Notes under the pieces: model-generated | What the model was told of the DNA's origin: nothing | Seen by the model: only the letters and a program-made list of their open reading frames with translations | The model's database searches: none | Origin: Callorhinchus milii | Lineage: Eukaryota | NCBI RefSeq assembly: GCF_018977255.1 | Contig: NW_024704742.1 | Location: 24,554,001 to 24,618,000, forward strand | Reading direction: 5' to 3' | DNA: 64,000 bases | Made by a program: the position numbers and the translations under genes | Part shown: positions 39,401 to 51,400 of the stretch, piece after piece | Layout of the letters: each line of letters begins with the position of its first letter | Position numbering within the stretch: the stretch's first letter is position 1

Positions 39401-42400
39401 AGGATGATGAACCTTACCTGTATTTTTGTTCTCTTCCCCCCTGTGGTTCACTGGAGTCGGTTATAGGATTCCCAATTACTACTTAGGCTGAGATCAGTTA
39501 AAGGGCAATCCCTTTATGACATACAGTAGTTGTCTGGGTCCAATGTGTTTGAGGTCTCGTGTTATAAAGAGGCATGATAAAATGGCTGACTTCCCGGTTA
39601 TCAGATCGCCACTGACATCACCGCCTGTATGCTGCGCCCACTTCCTTCATGGGGTTGTATCAGCGGCGCTTTGAGTGCATTTGCTTCCTGCTCACATTTA
39701 GCGTGCATGAAGTGACAACGCTACCTGACAACCTGGAAGTCAGCTATTTTGTAATGTGATTGGATTTGTATGGAGCAAGTTCCATTTTCAAGTCAGAAAA
39801 TGTCATGGGAGCCAGTCGTGTTGTAAGCCAACACACATTATAACGAAGCGAATTATGATGGGGGTAGTTCTGAAATTCACTGAGATAAATAAACTTGATT
39901 TTGGCTGCTGCTCAACGTGCAAGTGTGGTGGGATATACTGATATGTTCTTGATATTTCAGGTGAAACACTTTGTCTTGAAGAACCCTTCGGACATGCCAG
40001 TTGTGGTGCAAATTCTGCCAGTTTCTCATTATCCAAACCCTCAGTTTGCTCTGAAGCTCCTCCTCAAATGGTAAGCAGCAAATTTTTAGTTACCACTGTG
40101 ATATGCTGAGGAAAGGAGCAGATATTAAACCATTCTGAGTGATATTAAACCAAAAATGTTCGGTGTCATCTTCCAACAACAACAACAACAAGATTCCATT
40201 TATAAAGCGCCTTTCACGTCAGGAGGACGTCCCAAGGCGCTGCACAGTTGGGTCATGACCCGAGCAGAGGGGAAATGGTCAGGGTGAGGGGAGGGAAGGG
40301 AGGGAGCGAGGAGGGGGGAAATGGTCAGGGTGAGGGGAGGGAGCGAGGAGGGGGGAAATGGTCAGGGTGAGGGGAGGGAGCGAGGAGGGGGGAAATGGTC
40401 AGGGTGAGGGGAGGGAAGGGAGGGAGCGAGGAGGGGGAAGAGAGTCGAGAGGGGAGCTGAAGGCACGGTCAAAGAGAAAGGTTTTGAGACCGGCCTTGAA
40501 GGAGGAAAGGGAGGAAGCAAGGCACTTTTCTCCATTATTTTTACACATATTTATCAGAATTGAATGCTCATTTGTTAACCTTGTTATGCCCAAAGCTGCT
40601 GAATTGCAGAGACTAACTTTTTAAACAGGAAAAGGAACTGGTAATTTGGCCCATCAAGTCTGCACTTGTGTTTCGACATTACCCAATCTAATCCCACTCT
40701 ATGGCCTGCTTCCATACTTTTATTCCTGGTTTTCAAGTATCTGGTGAATTCCCTTTTGTCATTTCATAGCCCAGTGTCCCCCCAATACAGTTGGTAGTTT
40801 ACATGGCTCGAGGAGACATTGTGCAAATTGCCTGCCTCGTTTACCTACAAATAGTCACTAGATTCGCAATAAAATCACGTGAAGTGCTTTGAGACATCTT
40901 GACAATGTGATAAGGCGCTATATCAAAATGCAAGAATTGTTGTAACTTGCAGCAGATTTTAAAACTATCATTTTGCTTCCTTCAAAGGCATAATCTAGAG
41001 CGACCGAGCATAAGCATCACAACAAAGGAATTCAGGCTCATAATACTGCCAGAGAGTAAAGTAAGTTTAAAAAAATATATATTTATATAAAGTGTAGTGC
41101 AATGAAATATGCATGATATGTAGGGTATTTAATATCTTTTCTTCCTCTGCTTTTATTTTAAATGCTCCTTTTCTTCTGCCACCCTTTCCCTTCGCCCTCC
41201 TCCCATGTAAACTATGTTGGAACTTGAGCTCACAGAGCTTAAACCAAGGTCCATCAGCCTGTTCAGATGGTTATTAAAGATCCGGTGGCACTCTTTGGAG
41301 AAAAAAAACGAAGGAAGTTCCTCCTGTTATCTTCTCCAACATTCCCCCCCAGATAATATGGTTGCTCATTTCATGTCTGTCTGTGGGTCTTGGTAGTGCT
41401 GTAGCTCGAGTCTTCTCTTGAACCAGGATTCATGAATCTGTCACCCCCATCCTCGTTTAGCTCCACTGGCTTCCCATTCTATAGTAGATTGGATTCAAGA
41501 TCCTTGAATTCGGATTTGAATCCTTCAAATCCCTCCACACCCTTCCCTAACTCAGCGACCTCCTTCAACCCTACCAACCGGGATATTCCTTCTGTTAGAG
41601 TCTGTTTTGTGTTCCCAACCAGATCCGCCCTACCATTAGACAAGCCTTCAGCCTTTCTGCCCCTACTCTGTGGAACTCTATTCTGGAGTCCCTCCACCTC
41701 ACCCTCTTCCCCCCACCTCCACCTGTAAAGTGTTTTGACATTTCTGCTCAGCGTGAACAGCACTATATACATGCAAATTGTTGGAGCCATACTTGAAAGT
41801 AATTATCTGTGAGGCTCTTTGCGATGTGTCTGTGTTATTGGTGATTTATCAGATGTAAGAATTTTTATGATTATTAATAAGGAAATTCGCATTCCAACAG
41901 TGCTCAGTTTAACCACCTTCTGCTAACCACCTCACACGTGTGACTGTTAATTGTGTTGATACAGAGCTCAGATGGTTATGAGCGAATGGAGTTGGACAAT
42001 GGAACAAGCGTTCAGGTGCTTCAGTTAACCTTACAGCCTCAGGAGATCAAGAAGGTTGGTGTGGAGTTCACACCAATAAGTCAGAGTCTGGTCAAGTCAG
42101 TCATACTGATCAGGTAAAGATTTGGCAATATCTGTGCAAGTAACTAATAGCAATAACGTGCTATAAATACATCATTAAAATGCATGTTGTGGTTTGATAT
42201 GACTCGGAGACACCACTCCACGTGAAGGATGCTATATGAATGCAAGTTGTTGATATGTTTTAAATGAGGCATGCCCCTGCTATCTAATGCTATGCAGTGA
42301 ATGTTTTTTTTTCTGTGGGAGGCTACTTAAGAGAGTTATTATTTTTTTCCCCCAAAATCTGCTGTGAAAAGCTAATGCAAACCTGTAGGTGTGGAAATTT

Positions 42401-45400
42401 ATATATTTTTTAAAAAGAACTACTTATTGCTGCTATCTTTGGAGATATAACGAGTAATTTAGAATTACACAGAAATTTTACAGCAAGGGTACAGGCCATT
42501 CAGCCCAGTTTATCTGTGCTAGTGTTAAAACTCCACACGAACCTAATCTCCTGACTTGTACCCCTTCTATTCCTGAGGCAAGGGCTCTAATTCCCACTTC
42601 CAGCCTGTGGGAAAGAGAGCCCTTGGACAGGGAATGTGTTGTTTTAGCATCTTTCAACTGGAGTTAGTTTGTCTAAACCTGATGATGAGGACATTAACCT
42701 GACGATATTCAATGACCCTTGAAAGAAAGTGCGCTTGTGTGAACCTGGTCATTAAGCTCAACTGTGATAATAATAATGATAATAATAATAATCCTTGCCT
42801 TTGACATAGCGCTTTTCACGTCTTCTAGACATCTCGAAGCGCTTCACAGAATAGACTGTAAACTGAATTGACGGTATATTTGTGGGCGAAATGCGGCAGC
42901 CAATTGCACACAGGAGTGTCCCACAAACAGTCGTGGATTGAAATGACCAATTATTTTTTTTGAGGGATTATTATCAGACGTGTGGAGCAAGGAAACTTGC
43001 CCAAGGATTCACCCTGTCTTTTAAAATTTGTTTGTAGCCCAAAGTCAAACAAAAATACTAGCGCAAAAGTCATATGGGTAGCAGAGTGTCCAATTTAGGT
43101 TAGTGCTTTTGAAACTGCAAGAAACTGATGCCATCCTAAGTCAAACAGATGCCCGCTCTCGGACTTCCCGCAGGAAGATTGGCCATCTGTATATGGATAA
43201 ATGTTCAGATGCCATAATCAAGGGCAACTTGTCCCAATTAATACTCTTTTTTTAAATGATTCCAGATTTAATGTTGTGCTCTGAGGGATAATACAATTCA
43301 CAAGTGCAACACTAGAGGGTGCAGCCACAATGCCTTTTTAATATGACCGGTATTTTAGTAATGGTTAGGAAGTAGTTTGACATGAGTTGATCCTAAAGTC
43401 TTCCCCACGCAATATTGTCGTATAATATTGTTGAAGAGGCCAGTCTGGATAGGTCCTTTTTAAGTAAAAACAATCATATTTGTGATATATATCTTATGAT
43501 CTCTCTTCCTCCACCCCTCTCTCCATTTGGGTTTCTTTTGAAGAAATAACCTCACAATACTGGACATGCTGACCGTGGAAGGCTTTGGGGCGAACGAAGT
43601 ATTGAAAATGGGAGGCAGGATACCCGGTGGAGGGGGGTCGCTTCGGTTTAAGGTGCCAGAATCCAGCCTCATGGAATGCAGGCACAGTGAGTAATAAGAG
43701 TAATCCTTACATTTGAAACAGCGCCTTTCACATTGGGAGGATGTCTCAAAGCGCCTTTTACAGGATACACTGTACAGTGCAGTGGCTGTGTTTTGTGGGT
43801 GAATGCAGGCAGCCAATTTGAGCACAGTCGTGTCACACAAACAGCCATGGAGTGAATGACCAATTTTACTCGAGGGATTGTTGGTCAGGACCCTGGAAGA
43901 AACTCTCTTCCCTTTATGAAAGGTGATCTTTAACGTCCACCTGAACAGTGACGACCGTACCTTGCTTAACGTCTCTTCCGGAGCACGGCACCTCCCCCAG
44001 CACCGCACTGGGGGGGAGGGGGGGGTCGGCTTACACCATCCGAGTTCCCACCTTGAGGTTTGACTTGGGGCCGAGATGAGTAACAGCTGAGCCAGGCTGA
44101 CACCACAGTATCCTGTGCACAGGGTGGGGCGCGGTGATGGGGGTTGAGGCGAGAAGTGTCGAAATCACGCGCTGCGGTCGTCTCGGATCGAGTCTCAACA
44201 ACGGGCGGTTCGCCTTGTGCGCGATCACAAAGAAAGACAAGGGGAGGGTGGGTGGGGGGGAACTGCGTTGTTATTCCGTCAAATCGAAAGCGGAGCCTGG
44301 AGCGCGAAGCATTTCCTACACCTCGGAATAAAAGCTGGAAACTTTAATGTTTAACCTGCGGTGAGCATGGCTGCCGGCCCCTGGCGAGGCTGGGAGGGTG
44401 AGTGGGTGGGAGGGAGGGAGGGGAGGGTGGGAGGGAGGGGGGGAGGGTGGGAGGGTGGGTGGGAGGGAGGAGGGGAGGGTGGGAGGGCCGGGGAGGGAGG
44501 AGGGGAGGGTGGGAGGGAGGGAGGGAGGGTAGGTGGGTGGGCCGGGGAGGGAGGGAGGGTGGGTGGCCCGGGGAGGGAGGGGGGGAGGGAGGGTGGTTGG
44601 GAGGGTGGGAGGGAGGGAGGGAGGGAGGGAGGGAGTGAGGGTGGAAGGGAGGGGGGTGGGTAGGGTGGGAGGGAGGGAGGGAGGGTGGCCAGGGGAGGGA
44701 GGGTGGGAGGGCCGGGGAGGGAGGGTGGGTGGGTGGGTGGGAGGGAGGGGAGGAGGGGAGGGTGGGAGGGAGAGGTGGGAGGGAGGGAGGGAGGGAGGGA
44801 GGGAGGGGTGGGAGGGAGGGAGGGGTGGGAGGGAGGGGAGGGAGGGAGGGAGGGAGGGCCGGGTGGGGAGGGAGGGAGGGAGGGAGGGGTGGGTGGGTGG
44901 GTGGGAGGGAGGGTGGGAGGGGAGGGTGGGAGGGAGGGAGGGAGGGTGGGAGGGCCGGGGAGGGAGGGAGGGAGGGAGGGAGGGAGGGAGGGCCGGGGTT
45001 GGAGACGCTCCTGGTCTCTGGGTCCTGGCCTCGCTGTGGGCTGCGGTGATGTCAGAGGCTGAGGCGTCGCTGATGTCACAAAGGCCCAGGTTTTGAATCT
45101 TGTCCGTTATTTTTTTTTAAAAAAACCCAAAAACTGCCTCGGTCGGTGTCGAGTGTGAGCGCGAGCCTGAGCGCGAGCCTGAGCGCGAGCCTGAGCGCGA
45201 GCCTGAGCGCGAGCCTGAGCGCGAGCCTGAGCGCGAGACTGAGCGCGAGACTGAGCGCGAGCCCGAGCCGAGACTGAGCGCGAGCCCGAGCGCGAGCCCA
45301 GCCCGAGCGCGAGCCGAGACTGAGCGCGAGCCCGAGCGCGAGCCCAGCCCGAGCGCGAGCCCAGCCCGAGCGCGAGCCGAGACTGAGCGCGAGCCTGAGC

Positions 45401-48400
45401 GCGAGCCCAGCCCGAGCGCGAGCCGAGACTGAGCGCGAGCCTGAGCGTGAGCCGAGCCCGAGCCGAGACTGAGCGCGAGCCTGAGCGCGAGCCGAGACTG
45501 AGCCCGAGCCGAGACTGAGCGCGAGCCTGAGCGCGAGCCGAGACTGAGCGCGAGACTGAGCCCGAGCCGAGACTGAGCGCGAGCCTGAGCGCGAGACGAG
45601 ACTGAGCGCGAGCCGAGACTGAGCCCGAGCCGAGACTGAGCCTGAGCGCGAGCCGAGACTGAGCGCGAGCCTGAGCGCGAGCCGAGACTGAGCCCGAGCC
45701 GAGACTGAGCGCGAGCCTGAGCGCGAGCCGAGACTGAGCGCGAGACTGAGCCCGAGCCGAGACTGAGCGCGAGCCTGAGCGCGAGCCGAGACTGAGCGCG
45801 AGCCTGAGCGCGAGACGAGACTGAGCGCGAGCCGAGACTGAGCCCGAGCCGAGACTGAGCCTGAGCGCGAGCGGAGCGCGAGCCCAGCCTGAGCCCGAGC
45901 ATGAGCCGAGACTGAGCGTGAGCCCAGCCTGAGCGCGAGCTGAGCACGAGCCGAGCGCGAGCTTGAGCACGAGCCGAGTGCGAGCGTGAGGTGAGCGCGA
46001 GCCCGAGCCAGTGCGAGCGGCCGGAAAACGTACAACTGGGGTTCAATGGGATTGAAAAATGTGGGCGTACTCAGGGTGGGGGAGTGTTTCTATGTCGAAT
46101 ATTTCAAGAATAATTAGGGCGAAGTGCGGGCGGTGGGAGATAAAGAGAGTCTCCAGCATAAAAATGGGAACGAAATCCATTCGGAATTGCCAGAGAAACA
46201 TTTTATATCCATATTATATGTATTTATATATACATATATATGTATATATATAGTATATTATTAAAATGGCCAGTGGCATGTGGCCCTGGGCACGTGCTTT
46301 GCCCTGGGCGGGTGGAGTGAGCGCCTGGTACTGAGCGTGCGGAGAGAGGAAATGTATAAGGGCTGTTTGAGAAGTAGGTCAATCGAGAGGATGAGGTGGG
46401 CAGACGTGTGGAAGGAATCTTCTGGGAAGTCGGGACAGTGGGTGAGACAGACGAAAGATTCACTCCCGCCTGAAGAAACCTTACTGTTACTCTCTAGTCA
46501 AATTTCTCTTAAATTAGAGGTTAGCTTTTCCCTGAATATCCACAGCCCAGTATCACTGGATTCCTATTCGAAGTGATTCTGTCCTGTGGACTTGCTTCAC
46601 TGTCGCTGGGCTCTCCTTGTGAGTTGAGTTTTGTTGATCTCCGAGCTGGTCTGTGGAGCTTCTCAGTCTATGGGTTTGGGTCAGGTGAGGTGTGGACAGA
46701 AAGAGAGGAGGAAAAATCATAGGAGTGAGTAATCCAGACTTGTAATGCGCATTTGCTTTTGCCGAAAATGATCTTCCACTGGCAAAGTGTGTGAAAAATC
46801 CGGAGTCTAGACTATCCTTCCCTTGTATTTCTAGAATAATGAGCGGAAACATTATTGGCCAGAAATACAGCTAGGCTCAATTAAGATTTGGATTGGAATA
46901 GGAGAGGAAGGAATTGACCCATCGTGTGAGATAGAAAAGATACTATGTTTCCCTTCTCTTGTTTTCAGAGCCAAAGGGAAGTGAACTCAATTTGACCATC
47001 AGAAGAAGTTTTAAGGTTGAAAACATTGGACCTCTGCCAGTCACCGTGACTTCAATGAGCATCAATGGATACAGATGTCATGGGTTTGGTTTTCAGATCC
47101 TAGAATGTCAATCGTTTGTCCTGGATACTAACTCTTCACACGATGTCAACATTTTGTAAGTACAAGTGCTGAATGATTAATTGTAATAGCTCGTATCTAC
47201 TTCAACACGGTCACTGATGCATAACATCTAACAGACAGTGCTTGCTCCAGCATATTCATATATTATTCTGAAGAATTCTAATGTGACCTGAAGTGATGTT
47301 TAATAACAGGAGTTAGAATGAAATTCAGCACCCCTGCCAAAATCATGGCGACTCGCTTCCAGTATACACAGCATTAAATGCAGTATTCGCAGCATTAAAT
47401 GCTGAGAGACCTGAATTGTGGAGATGTGAGCACTGACTGTGGAGCACGGCCAACAGAAGTTGAAAGGAGACCTGTGAGGTGTGTCAGATTGGCGAGAGCC
47501 AAGTTTTAGGGATCCCAGAGTGTACTACTGGAGTACAACCAGCTAGAACAGCATCGCTTTCCATTGTGAGCAGTCTGGCAAGCTTCCCACTGCTTGTCTA
47601 GCTAGGATCACCCTAACCATTAGGACTTTAACTTGCTGGATTAATGAGAGCTGAGTAGAAAGAATCCTTGCTCCCAGTGACTGATCTGCCCCTTATGTGT
47701 TCTGTTGAGCCAGCTGGTTGGTCTGTCATCAGGAGTGCTGCAAAGTATGGTGAGCCCCCTGGCTCAACCAGCCTGAGATTGCCACGAAGGGTTAACTCTG
47801 TTCTGACATTCTGTTTCCAACCATGAAACCTTGGAGGCAATTCAGCCCCAAGGAGATGGCACTTGCCTCTTTTCACCAAGGGAGTATCATCTGAACTTTG
47901 TGTTCTGTGCTGAAATGACATTCGCATACCTTTGATGAAACATTTCTTTGTTCCCTTCCAGATTTACACCAGATTTCACTACCTCTTGGGTGATCCGTGA
48001 ACTGCAAATTTTAACTGCAAGAGGCTTGCAGTTTCAGTTCACTCTGAATGTGACTCTTCCACACCACATGTTACCTCTTTGTGCAGACTTGGTACCAGCA
48101 CTTAGCTGGGAGCAGCCTTTCTGGATGATCACCTGCCTCTTTAGCTGGTAAGAACATTTTAACAAGACTGTTCATATACATTTGAAGTCCAGTTTAAGTT
48201 CCTGCAGACTCCTAAGATGTTTTGCAGGAAGAAAAGTTTTCACCTTGTGTGTATTTGCAGAGATAATAATAATCCTTGTGTTTGATATCGTACCTCAACA
48301 TCTCAACATCAACAACTTGCATTTATATAGTGCTCTTCACATGGGGTAGCGTCCCAGAGCGCTTGACAGTCAGTGGCGGAGTCTGACACCGAGCCAGGGG

Positions 48401-51400
48401 GATAGGGAGGTGGGGGAGGTGACAGTAAGCACAATCAAAAACGAAGGTCTTTAGGCGGTATTTGAAAGTGGGGAAGGAAGGGGCAGATGGAGGGATTGAG
48501 GGAGAGAACTCCAGAGTTTCAGGATGCAGTGACTGAAGGCATAAATAATTCCTCCAAAACAAAACAACAATAAATTGGTCATTTTCAATGCACAACTGTT
48601 TGTGGACACTGCTGTGCGCAATTGGCTGTTGCGTTTCGCCCACAAATATACGTTCAATTCACTTTACAGTCTATTCTGTGAAGCGCTTTGAGATGTCGAG
48701 AAGATGTGAAAAGCACTATATCAAATGCAAGGATTATTGTTATTATTATTATTATTATGGCGATTGATGATGGAGGGGATGAGGGGCAAATAAGAGACTA
48801 GATCCAGCCAAGCGGAGGCAGCGGGTAGTGGAGTGGGGGTAAGCAGGTCAGACAGGTAGGGAAGTGTGAGGACATGAAGGGATTTGAAAACGAGTGAGAG
48901 GATCTTGAAATCTATCCGTTCGGTACTTGGGAGCCAGTGGAGCCTGGCAAGGGCTGGTGTGATGGCGGTACGGAGCTTCGTGCGAGTGAGTATCTGGGCG
49001 ACAGCGTGTTGAATTAATTGAGTTTTGTTGTATGGTGGAGCTGGGGAGACTGGTGAGGAGGGCAATGGAATAGTCCAGCAGGGAAGTGACAAAGGTGTGA
49101 ACGAGGGTTTCAACTGCATTGGTTGTGAGGTACTGAGGGAGGCGGGCAATGTGACCTCGTTGAGACGTTTGAAAGCTCTTCATAGAATATATTGTAAAGT
49201 GGATTTACTGTGTATTTTGTGGGTGAAACAGGATAGCCAATTTCACACAGCAGTGTAACACAAATGGTCATTGATTTGTGAGATGTTGATTTCATCATTT
49301 TTTAAAGATAAAAATGTGCTGTTTCACATCTATAATAATAATAATTATCTATCATCCTATGTCTGCTTCTTCTCAAGTTTGTCTCCTGGCTTGACCAGAG
49401 GAGTATCACCCTCTTTCTACTCCCAATCTAGTTTGTCAGTTCATGATTATTAAACACCTCAACTGTGTCAGTTTCTTTGCAGAATTGCTTATTAATCAAT
49501 ATTCGCGCACGGTTCCAACTTCTCGATTTTTGTCTTACAGTTCGTTGTTGGTTTGTGTGGTGCTGATGGCTTATCAACATGCTCATTACATTCTTACTGA
49601 GTTCAGCCAATCCAGACCTAGGCCATGCCAAACCTCCCTACTGCTCCAGGAAGAGCGAACCTCCATAAACACACTTGGCTCCACTACCTACAAGTAAGAA
49701 GCAACAAATCCTTGCTCTAATTGTGTAATACAAACTATTCGAAAATTTTCCAAAAAACAATTGGTAGCTGGAGAAATTCTATACATAACCTCCCTTTAGT
49801 GCTGTAATTCCTTTGTTCTGTTTATAGTCACTTTCCCAGCAGTTAAGCAATTGGAAGCAGGAAGGCTGATTTACCCTACTTACTCTGAAATTGCATGCAT
49901 TCAGACTGAGGAGAGCTCTGGGCATATGCAAAAAGCCGGTGTGCAGAATTGTGTTAACCACTGGAAGGCTTTTAACATTTTTAAAGAGCCGGAGTGTAAT
50001 CACCTCATCAACAATATTAAAAGTGGTTCTTTAGAACTTTAAGGGATCGTTTTTGACTGGAGGCCAAAGTACTACCGAGAATATGCTGCAGCAATGTGAA
50101 GCGATGCTTGGCTGGAATCCCCTCCTCACGGTGGCATTGGTGGGCAAGTTCTCAACCTCAATTTATACCAAAGCAGAGTGAAAGGGTGTTAATTAAAAAG
50201 GCTAGAATTGTTGAACCCAAGGTTTCTTTAAGTAGAAAAAGAACGTACTCTACAAGTAAAGTTTCAGTTATCGTATGAAGGCCAGCACAATAATTATTTT
50301 AATGCCCCATCTTGTGAACAAAATCCTGTTTCCTGGCGAGAGTGAATGTTTGAAAATAATTTTCAATAATGTGTTTATCGTTTGTTAACAGATTGAGTAG
50401 AGCTAGCTGTAAAGCTTACAGTGATGCTAATAATTCACCAGACAAAGGGAAAGGAAAAGGAGCTCTTGCAGTGGGTGCTCCAGCAGCTAGAAGCCAAAAC
50501 ACTCCAAAACGCAGCCCGGTCACCTCAAGCCATTGCCCTAGGAAACTCAAGTGTCCAGCGCACTACAGCAAAAGTAAATGGAATGTAACGGCAAATACAA
50601 GCAGTGGCGCTAGTGAAGAGCAGCAGCAGTCCAATGGAGGACCGTTCCAAGATGCAAAGGAGCAGCATTCTTGCAGTGGCATCCCCTCGTTTGAAAAGCC
50701 GCACAATAAAAGCTGTAGTATATATCCAGAGAAAGCTCCAGAAAATGTGCAAAACACAGTACTGGAATGCGAGAGTACCTCATTTTTTGCTGCAACTGAG
50801 CCAATTGCTAATGGTAAACTCGAGGCATGTGTGCTGACTGAGAAAATCCCCACTGAACTCCTACTGGACTTTGAGATGCCTGAAATGAAAGGATTGGATT
50901 ACTGTGGACCTCGTCAGTTAAGCACTCCAGATGAATACCATATATCAGAAGAAAGATTTAAGACCGATGAATCTCAACTCGCTTCCTTCTCATCTTGTGA
51001 AGGTATGACCATAGCTTAGAAAGGGTGACGATAATTGTAAGTTATTGCAAGTCCAAAGTTTTGCTTTTTGTCCTGCTAAAAATCACGCTCCTTTATGTTT
51101 CATTTTTCCCAATACACACAACAGCCAAATTACATTTGTAAACCGCCTTTCACGTCAAGAGGACTTCCCAAGTTGCTGAACAGTCAGGGATCAGAAGCCC
51201 ACCGTGGGGGGGAGGTGCGCAGGGTTGGGATGATGGAGGGCAGAGAGGTAGGGAAGCGGCTGAAGGCACGGCCGAAAATAAAGGTCTTGAAGGAGGCAAG
51301 GCAAAGGGATTGGAGGATGGAATTCCAAAGGGTGGAGCCAGAGGGGCTGAAAGCTTGGCCATCAATGATCCGGCGGGTGACGTGGAGCAGGCCAGAGCCT

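Noticed and set aside
42679..42770. Possible intronic C/D snoRNA (ATGATGA...CTGA)
   Set aside because: No correctly spaced terminal D box or terminal stem, and no recognisable guide.
44351..45096. Pro-rich and Gly/Arg/Glu-rich ORFs (extensin- or RGG-like)
   Set aside because: Translation of the low-complexity G-tract.
45076..46046. Three 287-319 aa minus-strand ORFs with RS/AR repeats (SR-protein-like)
   Set aside because: All three frames are open only because the minisatellite lacks stops on that strand; no domain or exon context.
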